Part shown: positions 40,687 to 54,483 of the stretch, piece after piece
How the letters are laid out: each line of letters begins with the position of its first letter
How positions within the stretch are numbered: position 1 is the stretch's first letter
Assembly: GCF_037042905.1 (NCBI RefSeq)
Contig: NC_087245.1
Span: 18,972,001-19,036,000 of the forward strand
From: Lytechinus pictus
Taxonomy: Eukaryota
DNA: 64,000 nt
Direction: 5' to 3'
Program-made: the position numbers and the translations under genes
Notes under the pieces: generated by a model
Seen by the model: the letters and a program-made list of their open reading frames with translations, nothing else
Databases searched by the model: none
What the model was told of the DNA's origin: nothing

Positions 40687-43600
40687 TCTGTTGATTAATA
40701 TTTCATTATTGCTCTTATTTCTAATTTAGTTTATATTTTTCCAAATATTCTAATTCAGAATATTTTTCATCCTATTTCAAATTTCATAGCGATGCCCTGC
40801 ATATTCAAGTTTTCTAGTACCCTTCTTTTTTCAACAATAACATTTTATATTGCTGAACATTAGTAGACTATATCATTCTTTTGGTGCCATGCCATCTTGG
40901 TTTCTCAACAAATATTATGAAAAATAAAGATGAAAATATGTAAATAAATATGCTGGGTCTTGTTCAAATACCAGCACCTTGCCTCCAACATAACATTACA
41001 CGTCCATACTTTTACTTGGCCAGCTGTAAAATTAAATGTCTAAGTAAACAATGTGAAATTTTCTAGCTTATAACAATCATTGAATGTTTTGTAAAAATAT
41101 GCTGGTTCAACAAAATATAAAATTTAAATCAATTTTTTTTCCAATACACAATTATCAGAATCCCAGGCTGGTATTATCTACTGAAATCTCACTTATGCAT
41201 GGCTTAATCAACCATTTCATTTAAATGTAAATAATTTTTTTAAAGTGTATATACAATCTTCAAATGTAAATAATATTCAGTGTAAACATTGCACAATTAG
41301 TCTTTGGACTACAGCATTGTATTCTGTTTTATATAAATAAACCAAATTGAATTGAATTGAATTGAATAGTATTTCATCACAATAATTGTGTCCTGACAGT
41401 TGTAATAAACAATTTAGTTTTAATATTATTTTTCATTCTCCATTTTTCTCTTGGTTTACAATACAGCGCCATTATAACTACAATTCATCTTCCCATCAAA
41501 AAAACATGGAACAAATAAGCGATGCAAGAGGAGTGTCATTCAAGAAGGTCCATTGCACATTGGAAGTACATGTATGTAATAGACCCATGAATACACCTTG
41601 TGAAAAACAGCTGAAAATGAAAGAAGTTATTCAAAATAAATGATGGCCATGTAATTTTTTTTTCTTTAGGAAAACTTGATTGCTTGGAATTCTGTAAACT
41701 TATTGCTCCACAGCGTTTAATTTCCTAACATAAATCTTAAAAAGAGTAATGGGATAAATTTATATCATTCTATTGGGTACATTTCAAAACACTACATAAT
41801 CGAGGTGTTGTTATATGGGATCAGTTATGTTAGGAGTATATGTTCCGAGTTAAGTTGATGCGATTCCATGTGGAATAAGCAGCCTTTTAAACATCCAAGT
41901 CAACTTCTCTGAATCTTCTTGCATATGATGTCCTTTTATAGCCACTTTCATTGTAATATTTCAGAGAAAAGGGGATTTCGGCCTGAAAACTTGACAAAAT
42001 TTCTCAGCATTTTCTAATTATTATGATATTCCCCCCCCCCCCCCCCCCACACTCTCAAAACCAGTGGTCCTTAACAATTATCTGCACGGTCTGCAGCTTC
42101 AAGAAAAGAGGGAATATTGAGCTCAATTGTTTCCCACTCAAGCAGAATGCTCCACTGGCAACGACTGCATTGTCTTGCATTCAACAAGAGCTATCAGATA
42201 GATCATCGCTTCAAAGCTGACATCACAACACTGAATAAAAGACCTTATATGATTGGCTGATCACCCTTACACAAATATTGATCCAGCATATCAGAACAGA
42301 TGACAGCTATCTTACAATAAAAAGGATAACATTTTTGTATATTGTAAGCTTTTTTTATTTTGTGGTCAATGACAAGAGTCAGAACTATTTCAAATCGTTT
42401 GTGGAAGGTCTTCACATGGTCACGCCTAGTTTAAATGGAATTATTAACAAAGATATTCATACAAGTGCTGAAATTATCTATTTGTTCAACACCACTCAAC
42501 TGTATCATTTCCTCTCAATGGCAATCAATACCTCTTTTCTTTCTTGGCGAATATCTTCATAAATCTCTTTCGAATCAATATGACTGCCAATCAAAGATCC
42601 CCTTTTTTGCTTCATTTAACCCTAACTGAGCAGAAACAAGGTTGTTAGATGTGTTTCATTTTCCCAAATGAAAAAAAATGATACACTTCGAAGTATCTTA
42701 CACTCTTCTTTACCCCCCACTGATTTAAGTAGAATAATTTTTGAGGTGAAATTGGCATGTAATCATACAGATTTTATATAGGAATTAATGATTTGATCTT
42801 CAAGGTGCATTTTAAATTACAATAAGAACTGGACATTATTACCAGACACTCTTACATACTAAAATCTCTTTAGCTATTTCATGATATTGTATTGAAAGAG
42901 GTTGGGATTAAAAAATAGCCAACAATTGTGACCTTAGGAACATGTCAAACCAGAACTTCCTCTTTTCCCTCAGATTACATAGAAAAGGGCATTAATTAGC
43001 TACAGCCCAGAACACAAACACAAAACTTACAATATAAATTATAATCTGGGAATCAATTGTGGCATTTTCATTTGCATTGTTTTGGTTGCTTTTACAATAT
43101 CTAAAGGAAACTTCAAATGCGGATGGCGGGTTAGAATCTTCTGGAAGTCATTGTGTTATTTTCCATTTGTATAGTTTCCTTAAGTACACTATGTGGATAC
43201 AATATATCCAGTGGTTTGGCCAACTTGAATATCAAAATTTCCAGACCACAATTAAATGAATGAATAAAGGATTGAAATGGAACATGGATAGTAAATTTGG
43301 TCTGAAATAAGTTTATAATTTATAGGTTAGATGGGATTTAGTGTGTGTGCCCTTCTGCTTTTCGAAAAATTTGCTCTCTTCTGCCAGACGTGCGACGAAT
43401 TGTATTATGTTGAAGCAAGAACTGATCAATAGATGACCAAAACAATACTTCAGCTTCACTTAGCCTATCATAATGTTTAAATTTTATATACGAGATTCTC
43501 TCTCTTTTTTGTGCTGGTTTTGAAAGACATTTGGTTGATAATATGGTATTGAAGCCTTTGGAAAAAATATTAAACTGCAATTGAAACACTATGATGCAGA

Positions 43601-44311
43601 ACAGTGTGCCAAACTGGACATGACATCACTTGAATGAAAATTAGATGTGTCTATCTTGATGTACATCTAAATATACATCTAAGATAGACAGCCTAATTTT
43701 CTAACAGGTCATCACAACTTATGCTTAAAGGCATGCGGTTTTTACCGAAGGGTGTAAAGAAAGGAAGAAAAGTCAAGTTTGATTTCCTCATCATAGTTAG
43801 CTTTATATAAATATCAACCATGGCCTTTGGGTAGTAAGGCCCTAGTTGATAGGACAGGTCATCCAAGGGTGCATTCAACTCTTTTTCACTTCAGAGTAAT
43901 TGTTCTCAAAAATATTTTTATTTATTTATTTATCTACCAGTTAATCACTTTCTTTAGAAGGGGTCTTCCATACAATTGATGTATTTCAAAACGAAAAGCT
44001 GACATGCGGAGATATATTTATGCACTTCAGTAAAACCATGGTCACTAAAACTTGAAGGTAAGGGACTACATGGTTCCATGAAGTCTTAGCACTCCTGTGG
44101 AGTTCTGAGGACAATTGCTCAATGTATTATCAGTACAACTAAGTATGGTGTCCTTAATTTATGGTCTAATGTAATTCAAATTAAAGCATAAAACACTTCC
44201 AGATATATTTTGCACAGTACAAGGAATTCCCATCATTAGTATTATCATTGATATTTTCATCTTAATAATGGATATCACTTTTTTGCAAGATGAAAGTCAT
44301 ACAGCACTCAC

Positions 44312-44398
44312 CTGGATACTGTAGCCGAGTTACAAGTGGAGACTAGACACCTTCACCAGCCCTTCCTACTTGCTTTGACTGACCACTTCCAATTCAAT
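44312..44398 (-). other. Candidate non-coding (5'UTR or lncRNA) exon, 87 nt
   Basis: Minus strand has strong acceptor TTTTTCTTTTTAAATGCAG and strong donor CAG|GTGAGT. GC is higher than the flanks. Stop codons in all three frames. Confidence 0.6.
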
Positions 44399-47300
44399 CT
44401 GCATTTAAAAAGAAAAATACATGAGAAAGTGGAGAGAAAAAAAGAGGAATGTTATAAATTATTGAAAGGGTAATAAAAAATGTATAATATCACTCTTTGT
44501 ATATGTAAGGGTTAATTCAACTTGAGATTTGTTTTAAAAATATTTAAATGTTTTATTTTCTTTACTATAAAAGCAACAAAGAACACAAACCATGTGACAA
44601 AACATCATAAAAAATAGCACAAGTTCTTTTTTTCTGGTACAAATAGATCTTACACATCACAGTAATACTCATATCTGATTTTCTCTCCTTAACTTCATAA
44701 ATGCATTTTTACAGATGTTTATTATTCAATATCAAAGAATCTGCAAGAAAAGCCTCTCTTGTAAAAAAAAACATTTATTAGCTGAGTAAATCATGGAATA
44801 TGAGTATAATGCTAGAAAACTATAAATATCATAAAGAGTATGAATGTGATATGCATTGCAATGTAATATTGCAGCTTTGGTTTCAGAAAGTCAGTCACAA
44901 TTATGATGTAATTTCAACCAAAACACTCGCACATTAATCATACTTTGCTTCTAAATTGACCATAAAAAATATCTTGAAGTGTACAGATTTCTATATTTTC
45001 AATATATTTCAAAGGGTATAAAGACTAACACAATATACTTCTTACCAATAAATAGAAAGAGTTAATGGGGAAAAAACTTTCTGAAACTGCTGTAAAAACC
45101 AGACTCATATTGAAATAAAATTAACTGAGGGTTTAAAACAAGCATTTCAAATGCCAAATCACAATACCTCCGATTTATTAACATGTTCATGGAGAGAGAG
45201 TGATTATCGCATATGTGATAGAGTAAACATTACACATACACATGCAGCATTCATTGATAACTTTTGTTAATACATACATACATTAAGTACATTTTAGCCA
45301 TTTTTGTACATAGTATATAAGGGTAATATCAAAATTTTCCTGGTTTCATAAACCAGTATTTCACTTGCTGAAAAAAGCCTGAAAGGGTAAAGGCATAACG
45401 ACTGATAGGCCTCCTTTCTTTGCCCATACAATCAAATCACCTCTTCCCAACACAAATGAACTCTACAGGCAGGCAGGCAGCAAACCAACTATTGTTATCT
45501 CGCCCTCCCTCCCATTCTATCGCAAACCCTAAACAGTGGCTTCCCCAAGCCTGCTTGGATCGCGTGTCACAGTCGGTGCGTTTGCGGGGACAGGCTGAGG
45601 GGGTCAGGTAGTGGAACCGATGAATAGCCGTTCTGCAGCAGCCCCCTCGGCTTCCAATTTATTAGCCAGGCCATTGACCCACTCTGTACTTTAACTTAGG
45701 CATGCCAAGCGCACATGGTAATAGCCTTGCTTCAAGGGCACAAGATGGAATATGATTCTAAATCCAAAATAATCATTAAAGAGAGGACAGCACAGTAAGT
45801 CACAACTCCCTGAAGTTAAATGATAAAAATTTCTGCAAGATGAATCTCATAATGTAGTGTCACATATCCAATAAGTACTTAAAAGACTATTGTCACTGTA
45901 ACTACTTAATTGATATACTGCATACAAAATAATTCATTCCTTATTATTCTTTTTATCTTACCAATTGCTTGTATTTCCGTGCTTGAGAGTAATGCATTTA
46001 GTATACCCTCCTGTCTACTTGTTGGGGGAGATCTGAACTACAAAATGCTTCATAATGTTTATATCCTCTTTTGCCTCTCCCGACTCGAAAGTGAAGGTTC
46101 AATTCTTGGTAAGCCCTGATCACCTAACAAGTGGATGATTATTTCAGGAATCTGCATGAATATTTCCATTCAATATCTCTTGGAAACAGCATTGCACAAA
46201 CTGCCCAATATCAAAGCACTCATTGACCCCTCTTCCCAACGTTCATTGCCATGGTAAATAGCAATAAGATAAAAGATGTATGCTTTTCAAAATGTCAATC
46301 TGTCTGCCTCCCTAATCTGTTCAGATCCCTTATCCTGTCCTAATGCAGCTTTCGTTTTCTTTACTATTAAGCATGCATACATGTATCAATTATTAGAGTT
46401 CGATATTTCTACTAATAAACTGCTCTATTAATATTCAAAACTGAACTCACGCTGGTAAGAATAAATGTCTGGTCTTTACATTGTGTGTAGTGAACCTTTA
46501 TGCAGTTATCTTATATAAGGAAATAAAATGGGATTTCTCTTTTTTAAGCAAATTAGAAATCCAGTCTTTATTACATTTTTTTACAAAACAAACAGTCCAT
46601 AATTTAGTATTTGTTCAAAAAAGGCTTCCAGTCTTGCAGAATTATTCCATGTACATGTGTATAGTCTGAATCCTTTCAAAAATATAATTCTTAGTTCTAG
46701 AGATATCATTAGGCCCATATAATCATAATATAGGATATAGGGGATTGTTATACTTAAAAATAAAGTTTATTTTCAAATTTAAAGCTCTTTTGAAATTATG
46801 AAATGAACAAGAAAAGTGAATAATAAAACAATTTCCAATGAAATTGCCATGAACCTGTACTAAATTAGACAAAATGCTTCAAAAGTCCCTCATTCCATCA
46901 AATATTTCACAAAAAATTTAGTCTTTGAATGAAGAACAACATACGTCTAGGCAGAACAAAAGTGCCTAAATTATGAAAGGAAATGTCATACAAGTTTATT
47001 CCGGAAGACTGGTATGTTACACCTGATTAACAAATACATACACTCCATAGCCCTGACCTCCATCCAGAAATAAAAACCTTGGACAAGAATAATCTTCCAT
47101 CTATCTCATTATAGACAAATTCTATCAGTACATTAAAATAGACTTGTTTCAGTTGACCACAAACAAGGAGAAATTGATACATGGATGCTAAGAAATTCCA
47201 GTTCAGGGACTGGTTAAAAATCGCTTTGGGATCAGCTTTGACGCCATCATGCTCATCATTAATTTCAACACCATAATTTGACACTTGTTGCATTTAAATA

Positions 47301-48737
47301 TCAATTACCGAAACACGGTTTCGACCTTGTATACGTGAAGGGCAATCATGATTTGTTCGACCTAGCCCATGGCAACACAACAACGCCTAATAACAGTTCA
47401 ACAATGGTGGCCTTTGATGTTCAGTCGGTCTGCATTTCATTCCCAGCACCGGTAATTGTTTTTTCGTAATATGGCCTTAGGATTAATCACCAGAGCACGT
47501 TCAAAAACAAGCACCTATTAAAATATGTTATTACAAATAAAAAAGAATTCTGGTTGATGTTTTGTGTATCATCACTCTAAATACCCAAGTTAAAATAAAG
47601 TTTGAAAATACAAGATTCAATATTTAGAATACATGTACATTCACATATTGACCAATCATTACAATATGTCACTAAAGACTAAAATAAACTGAAAACAAAA
47701 CTACTGAAAACGAATTAAGAACTTAAGAATCAGGGAATAATTTTGCTTTACAAAGTTTAATAGCATTTTTGGTCAGAAGAGAAAAGCTCTCAACTAAGTA
47801 ATGTACAGTTCTACATTGTATGTAAAAATATGCAATACAAAAGACTTCATGCATAGCAGTCTTTAAAAAATGTGGAGCAAATTGCAATGCGATACCAGGA
47901 AAATCATTCCTGGAGAATTAATAAAAATGTTAATTCATGTTCAAATATATCACATAAACCTTGTGAGCCAATTCAGGAAGTTGAATATAAAGAAGATCCA
48001 GGTAATATTAAGTATCTGAAATTCATGATATATAATCATAAAGAAATATTATCTACATTGAAAGTTTTTTATAAAACACATGACACTCACAAATTCAGAA
48101 GAAATAGCCCCCTCTACAGTTTTCCTACACACAAGCATGATGTATCATTGATTGTGTCTTGTTGTCAACAACAGGGCCAGGGTCTATTCCTCACACCTAC
48201 CTACCCTTTCCCCTTTCACTTGAAAACTTTCCTCTCACATACACCTTTTTGTTACTATTCATACTTTTACTCCCTCTTGCCTACCAAGTTTATACTACAT
48301 TATGATTTATAATAAAAAAGATTATTCTACATGTATGTATGCCCTACAATATATTTGTATTTTCTAATACACCCCACCCCCTTCGAATGGAAAAGCTACA
48401 TGTAAAGCCGAACTTTCCTTCTCATTTCACTTTTAAATTAATTAACAAGTATTTAGAGTAGGGTAGAGACATCCAATGCCTTTATTTACCTTTCAATTCA
48501 TCAATATACATGTACATGTGTAATGTTTCTTTTAAAGTATATGCCCATCTTTCCTATAGTTTTCTTCCACTAAACTTGCCTTCATTCCCTGTTATGTTGT
48601 GTGGCATCATTTCTTGTCTTTTGTCTTATGTTGTTCTGTCTTAAGTATCTCTTTTAATAGTACGTGCATATGATATTGTAAATAATAATATATAATAATT
48701 TTGAGTATTTGTATATCACACATCCATTTCATTATTA

Positions 48738-48917
48738 GGTGCTCAAGGGGCCACTACCGTGTATTACCACGGCAAAGCTAGTCTACCATTCGGGTGCTCA
48801 CAGATTTTTTAGGAATTACTTCCTGTCGGTACCCATTAACCTCACCTGGGTTGAAAGCAGCATATTGTGGATCAATTTCTTACTGAAGAAAATTATGCCA
48901 TGGCTGGGATTTGAATG
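48738..48917 (-). mobile_element. tRNA-derived SINE relic
   Basis: Minus strand has B-box remnant TTCAAATCCC and core AACCCAGGTGAGGTTAATGGGTACC. Confidence 0.55.
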
Positions 48918-49007
48918 TGTTATTATTTCATGTACATTTTTCAATTTAGAAAAAAAAGTATTTAAAAAATCCCTTCATCACTTTTTGAGGTAAGTAAAAT
49001 GTGAATT

Positions 49008-50481
49008 AGTTTTCAGTTTCAGTTTTCAGTTTTCAGTTTAGTTTTATTTCCATTATTCATATACAGACATTAACATGCTTGACATGAGTATAACATAATT
49101 ATATTGAGTTGAAATAAATCGTTATTGAGACAGAAGTTATACGCAATAAGAATTTAAATCAGTGAAAAATGGAGGGGCCTAAGTTGAAAGCAGAGCTTGT
49201 GAGTTATAGGCCCCAATGGAAGGAGGTGATAAGACATAAGGCTATATAGCTATTAAAAATAACAAGGTAAAAGAAAAGCAAAAGTTTATGAACCAATTGG
49301 TTTAATCACATCTGTGGCACGCCCTGGAAGGAAAGTAATGTTTTAAAGGGAGGTATGAAGGTAAAATGGAGCTGCTGAAAGGTTTAGATATCTACTGCTG
49401 CCTGAACTGCATAATCATTCAAAAAAGTATGTTTAAGTTTACGTTTGAATATAAACAATGAATTGGAGTCTGAAATGTCTTTGGATAGTCCGTTCCAGTA
49501 CTTCGGTCCTGAGAAAGTAATTGTTTTCTGAGCAAAGGTTGTTCGAGTCAGTGGTAAATGATAAAATGTACTTTGTCGAGTTGCGTATGAATGAATTACA
49601 TTTCGTTTAACAAATAATAAGGTGACAATGGCTGGTAATTCATTTGTGGATAGCTGGAACATAAAAATTCCTAAATTATATCTATATAAGTCTGAGATTT
49701 TGAGAAGTTGATTTCCATGAAAGTAACGACTTGTATGGGAAAGAAAACCAGCATTGTTTATGTTTCTAACCGCACGTTTTTGAATGACAAACAACCTATG
49801 TAGTTGAGTTTTATTGCTATTACCCCAAGCAAGAATACCGTAATTGAGATAGGGCAAAATCAAAGTATTGTAAAGAGATAATAAAATTTTTTGGGGTAGA
49901 TCATGTTTAAGTTTGTTTAAAATGCCTGTGTTTCTAGCCGTTAATGTACAAAGATAATTAATATGTGATTCCCACGATAGTTTGCTATCGATATAAATTC
50001 CAAGAAATTTTGTGGAATCGACTTTAGTTAAATTTGTGTTAGCAATCAATATATCACCGGGTAAAGATTTGATAGTATTACTGAACAACATATAATGAGT
50101 TTTGTTAACATTTAAAGATAGCTTATTTGCATTAATCCAGGCTTGGACCATTTTCAATTCCTCGTTCAGGATTTCAAGGAGGCTGGTGGGGTTACGGTGG
50201 GAGAAAAAAATATTAGAATCGTCTGCAAAAAGAATAAACGACAAATTATCAGAAGAATGTTGAAAATCATTAATATACAAAATAAACAATAGGGGGCCTA
50301 ATAAGGAACCTTGTGGAACACCACATGATACTAATCTCGGGTAAGAGTCCTGTCCATTAATACTAACGAATTGTTTTCTGTCGGAAAGATAATTTCCAAA
50401 CCACTCCAAGACCTTTCCTCGAATCCCATAATGGGATAATTTATGCAGTAAAATATTATGATTGATAGTATCAAAGGCCTT
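49008..50481 (-). mobile_element. 5'-truncated LINE of the CR1/L2/Crack group
   Basis: RT ORF followed by a ~370-bp 3'UTR containing a GGGGCCTA...TAGGCCCC stem-loop (49174-49214) and an (AAACTG[A])n tandem tail at 49008-49044. Homology starts abruptly at KAFDT. No TSD seen. Confidence 0.93.
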
Positions 50482-50511
50482 ACACGAGTCTGGAGTTGTT
50501 GTTTTTTTCAC
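49384..50511 (-). CDS. LINE ORF2 fragment: reverse transcriptase C-terminal half plus C-terminal domain; 5'-truncated and not expected to be functional
   Basis: Motifs KAFDTINH..LL.KL..YGIRG, GVPQGSLLGPLLF, FADD, LSLNVNKT and FLGIYID. The first ~10 residues come from flanking DNA. Confidence 0.85.
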   Translation of the reverse strand: MKKTTTPDSCKAFDTINHNILLHKLSHYGIRGKVLEWFGNYLSDRKQFVSINGQDSYPRLVSCGVPQGSLLGPLLFILYINDFQHSSDNLSFILFADDSNIFFSHRNPTSLLEILNEELKMVQAWINANKLSLNVNKTHYMLFSNTIKSLPGDILIANTNLTKVDSTKFLGIYIDSKLSWESHINYLCTLTARNTGILNKLKHDLPQKILLSLYNTLILPYLNYGILAWGNSNKTQLHRLFVIQKRAVRNINNAGFLSHTSRYFHGNQLLKISDLYRYNLGIFMFQLSTNELPAIVTLLFVKRNVIHSYATRQSTFYHLPLTRTTFAQKTITFSGPKYWNGLSKDISDSNSLFIFKRKLKHTFLNDYAVQAAVDI

Positions 50512-50846
50512 AAGAAAGGAATATCATTATATATATTTCTTTTTCAAACAAAATAAACTTCTTATTAACTGCTCAAGAAAGGAACTCACAAGTATGTATA
50601 TCCCCAAAGTGCTTTGGGTGTTGGATAGTCAGTTGTAATATAAATCATTGATCATACCTGTCACATTGCAAGTATTTAGCTGACCAAACTCAAAAGATTC
50701 TTGGTGTCATCGCATCTAATCAAGCATACATCTATCAAACTAATATCGCTCATTGTTCTTGAAAGATACCTTAGAAGTGCGCTTCCATGATTTTCAAGAG
50801 CCTATATTAACAAGCTGTGCAAATGATTTCCATTCAAAAATCTTAC

Positions 50847-50916
50847 CTTAAACATGAAACTATCCGGGTGTTGGCAGATGCACTTTTAGAATTGAAAGTG
50901 GCATGGTGGTTTTCCT
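50847..50916 (-). other. Candidate 70-nt exon containing a short upstream ORF
   Basis: Minus strand acceptor CACATTTTCCCACTTTCAG and donor AAG|GTAAGA. Internal ACCACCATG opens MPLSILKVHLPTPG*. Confidence 0.4.
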
Positions 50917-51274
50917 CTGAAAGTGGGAAAATGTGGTTTGCTTTAAAAACATTACAGTAACTCCATCTGAAAGCAATATGAAGGTCTTTATAATATATTA
51001 AGGCTACATGCCTCCATGAATATTCTCTGATGCAAAAATGAAAATGCCTTGTAGAAATGAATTCAATGGTTAATTTTAACAAATATTGTCATTTTAAACA
51101 CGATTTGTTAATTCATTTTCATCAGCATAAAACATTCAAAGCAAGAGCAAATAATGGAACATTGATGATCATATTCAGATGTGTATTTTTAGTACATATT
51201 AAAAATGGTGCATGCACAGCAATGTACATGTATCTACAAAACTAATTCCAAGCCTTGAGAAATGCTGACACTTA

Positions 51275-51439
51275 TACCTTGGTCACATTTGCTCTACGGC
51301 GGCCGTACGGCGAGTCGAAAAAAAACAGCCGTTTTATTCATTTTTATTCAAACCACCTACATGGAGCTAGTACAAAAATGTTAAAACGGCTGTTTTCGAC
51401 TCGCCGTACGGCCACCGTAGAGCAAATGTGACAGTGGTA
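51275..51439. mobile_element. Hairpin MITE (Tourist/PIF-Harbinger-like)
   Basis: TTA TSD (51272-74, 51440-42). Near-perfect arms of ~60-70 bp: GTCACATTTGCTCTACGG(C/T)GGCCGTACGGCGAGTCGAAAA..CAGCCGTTTTA. Confidence 0.92.
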
Positions 51440-52163
51440 TTAACCTCCAAAATACAACAGATCAATGACCTAGGATGCCATCTGCCCCATATAATTCAAT
51501 GTCAGTTCATGGCCACACTAAAATGCTTCTTCTCAATCTATTTATAAGCTCCATTGCACCAATGGGTAGCAGCCTACCATAGCCATGGGCACATTTGGGG
51601 GGCACCCATGCCCCCTTCATGGGTTAAAAAATCCCAACTAATGACCCTGAACCATGAAAATTACCATCAACAAAGGGATAAAGCTGGAGAATGGTAATAA
51701 AGTGTTCATTAAAAAGCTCTCCTTTGATAACATACATGTATGATATCACAAGTAACTATCACGCTGCCGCTCCAGTCCGAAAGAAATGAGAGATGCATGT
51801 CCTCGGTATTCAAGTGATGGGTATATCAACTTGAATCTTATACTGAAGAAGAAACCATGGATTGGCAATGAATATTAATAATAATGAGGGAGAGAGGTTG
51901 GGTTGGAGTAAAGATTGATGCTGCTTTTATTTAACAAAAAAAAAACAGAACCTGAAATTTCCACTAATAAAAACAAGGACTGTATATGTATAAAAAATTA
52001 AATGTCTAAGCTGTGAAATTATATGGAATCGGCAATGATGATCTCTTCATCTTAAGCAATGCAGGTAAGCAATTAAAGTTAGGAGGTTCCATTTAGCATG
52101 CCAAGCTATGTAGAGAGTTAAGTGGTAAAAAAAAATGAATTTAAGTGTACAAAGAAAAATTAA

Positions 52164-52742
52164 AGGTCAAGTCCACCCCAGAAAAATGTTGAATTGAATA
52201 AATAGAGAAAATTCAAACAAGCATTATGCTGAAAATTTCATCAAAATCGGATGTAAAGTTTCGCTTATTTTTCACAAAACAGCGATATGCACAACTCAGT
52301 GAAATGCAAATGAGACAGTCGATGATGTCCCTCACTCATTATTTCTTTTGTTTTTTATTGTTTGAATTATACAATATTTCATTTTTTACAGATTTGACAA
52401 AAAGGACCAACTTGATTGAACCATATAGTATTAAACAATGCTAATTACGCATGTTCAGGGAGGAATTAATCCTTGTTTCACATGACAACAGAGAGAAAAT
52501 TTGAATATTTCATATTTCACATAATAAAATACAAAAGAAATAGTGAGTGAGTGATGTCATCAGTCTCCTCATTTGCATACCGACAAGGATGTGAATATAA
52601 CTGTTTTTTTTAATTACGCAAAACTGTAAAATGTCATAACTATCTTATTTTACATCCGATTTTGATGAAATTTTCAGCGTTACGCTTGTTGGATTTTTCC
52701 CTTTTTATTCGAATCAACTTTTTGTTGTGGTGGACTTGTCCT
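52164..52742. mobile_element. Kolobok-like MITE
   Basis: TTAA TSD (52160-63, 52743-46). TIR AGGTCAAGTCCACC...GGTGGACTTGTCCT. Long subterminal inverted repeats (GAAAATTTCATCAAAATCGGATGTAAA). Confidence 0.92.
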
Positions 52743-53049
52743 TTAAGTATTCCAGGGCTAGGCATAGTACTGGGTTACATGAAAGTACAGGGTTCAGAAA
52801 ACTACATGTAATACAGTAACACAAGCATAGTTTCACCGTGACCTGAAATGTGGTAGCATGGATTCTAGTAGGATCCACGGTGGTAGTAACATTCTGGTGT
52901 GTGAATAATTATATGTTGACATACTGGAATTTTGTTTTTTGTCAATAATGGATTAACTTTCACAAGGTACATGGATTAAACAATTTCCCATTCAGTCCCT
53001 GCTGCTGCACCCCCCCCCCACTCTTTTAACCCTTGCACATAGTGCTTTA

Positions 53050-53510
53050 GAGGCTGTTCTCACTACGTTCCTAAAACTAGTTTACTGGAAACTAGTTTAA
53101 CGCGTAGTGAGAACGGTCGAAGCGGTCTTGGAAGCGATCTTGGAAGCGATCTTCCAAACCAGTTTAGAAAACCACCTCGCGATGTAGTTTTCAAGATCGC
53201 TTTGCCTCGTTAAACTGGTTTTGTCGTAAGTGAGGACACAACCGTTCTTCGGGAAGCGATCTTCGCACATTTTGAGCCCGCTACTCCACACGACAGGTGT
53301 AGAATGCCTATGCTGCGGTTTCGAATTTCGCGCGAAACGTGTCACCCCACTGAGAGCGTTTCCACAGCAACAAGACCGCTTTACGAGAAGTGATTTTGAA
53401 AACCACTTTCATGCGATCAAGTGGGAACGCTAGCAAAGCGATCTTCCAAAGTGGTTTCCTGAATCGGTTTCCAGTAAACTAGTTTTAGAAAGCGTAATGA
53501 GAGCGGCCTC
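53050..53510 (-). mobile_element. MITE family C, copy 2
   Basis: TIR GAGGCTGTTCTCACTACG...CGTAATGAGAGCGGCCTC. Reverse-complement homologue of 19800-20186. Confidence 0.88.
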
Positions 53511-54483
53511 CAAGACAACTTTCACTCAGAGAGAATTAAATGTTTAAAGTCAGATGATGATTAATTCATGGACCTATAGGTCCATGATTAACTGAAGGCT
53601 GTTAGCTTTAATTTAAAAAGAGGTGTTGGGATCCTGCAGTCTGTAATGCTCCAAACAATAAATTTCAAGAGCCAGGATAAAGGACTAACAATTCTTGGTC
53701 TCTTGTTTAAATTCATACATGTTCATGAAATGTATGCACTGTCAAATTTCTGTTGAAGGAAATACAAACTGCATCAAAAGTAATACTCCTTCCAGATAAT
53801 TCCAAGAATCTGGATGAAATATCTCAACTCAAACTTTCAAACATCCCTTTATCTTTTGTTTGGTGTCAGAGCAACCATAATCACGTCTGATCCAGTTTCA
53901 CTGTGAATTTATCTGAAATTTGAGTGTGGAAATGGATTGCAGAAGTCAGTCAGCAATTAAATGGCCAGATTTCCTCGCTAAACCGCTAGTTTCCTTTAGT
54001 ACGTGCCAAGACAGGATAGGGTTTATTGCGGGACAACTCTGATACAGGGCGGAAATCACAGAGGCAGTCCGTTTGATTTCAACTTAGCAGGTCAGATTTT
54101 AAAGGGAGATGTAAAAAAGGCTTGCTTCTCAAGTTTGATGTATCTATCCAATATCATTTCGGTCCATCGTAGATTCAAATGAAGTATGCGCATGATACAT
54201 GTATGTTTGAAGGAAAGGCTACATGATTACACAAACTGCTTCTGTTTATTTAGTGAATGGATTTGAGCTGGCTTGGAGGAGAGGGTGCAACCACCAAACA
54301 TGTAGGCCTATAGTATTTCTGTACAGCTCCTACATCTTTCTGGTAAATGCTGCACAACAGGCTCAAACTGCATATGATTATAGTACTATTTTCAATCTGT
54401 TCATATATGTTGCATCAGCTGATAAACCTTTCAGTTTTACCATTAGTATTGTATTATGCCAGTTTATAGACATAAGAGGTAAT

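Noticed and set aside
47872-48312. 146-aa ORF
   Set aside because: Non-ATG start, AT-rich low-information composition, no recognisable domain and no clear splice support.
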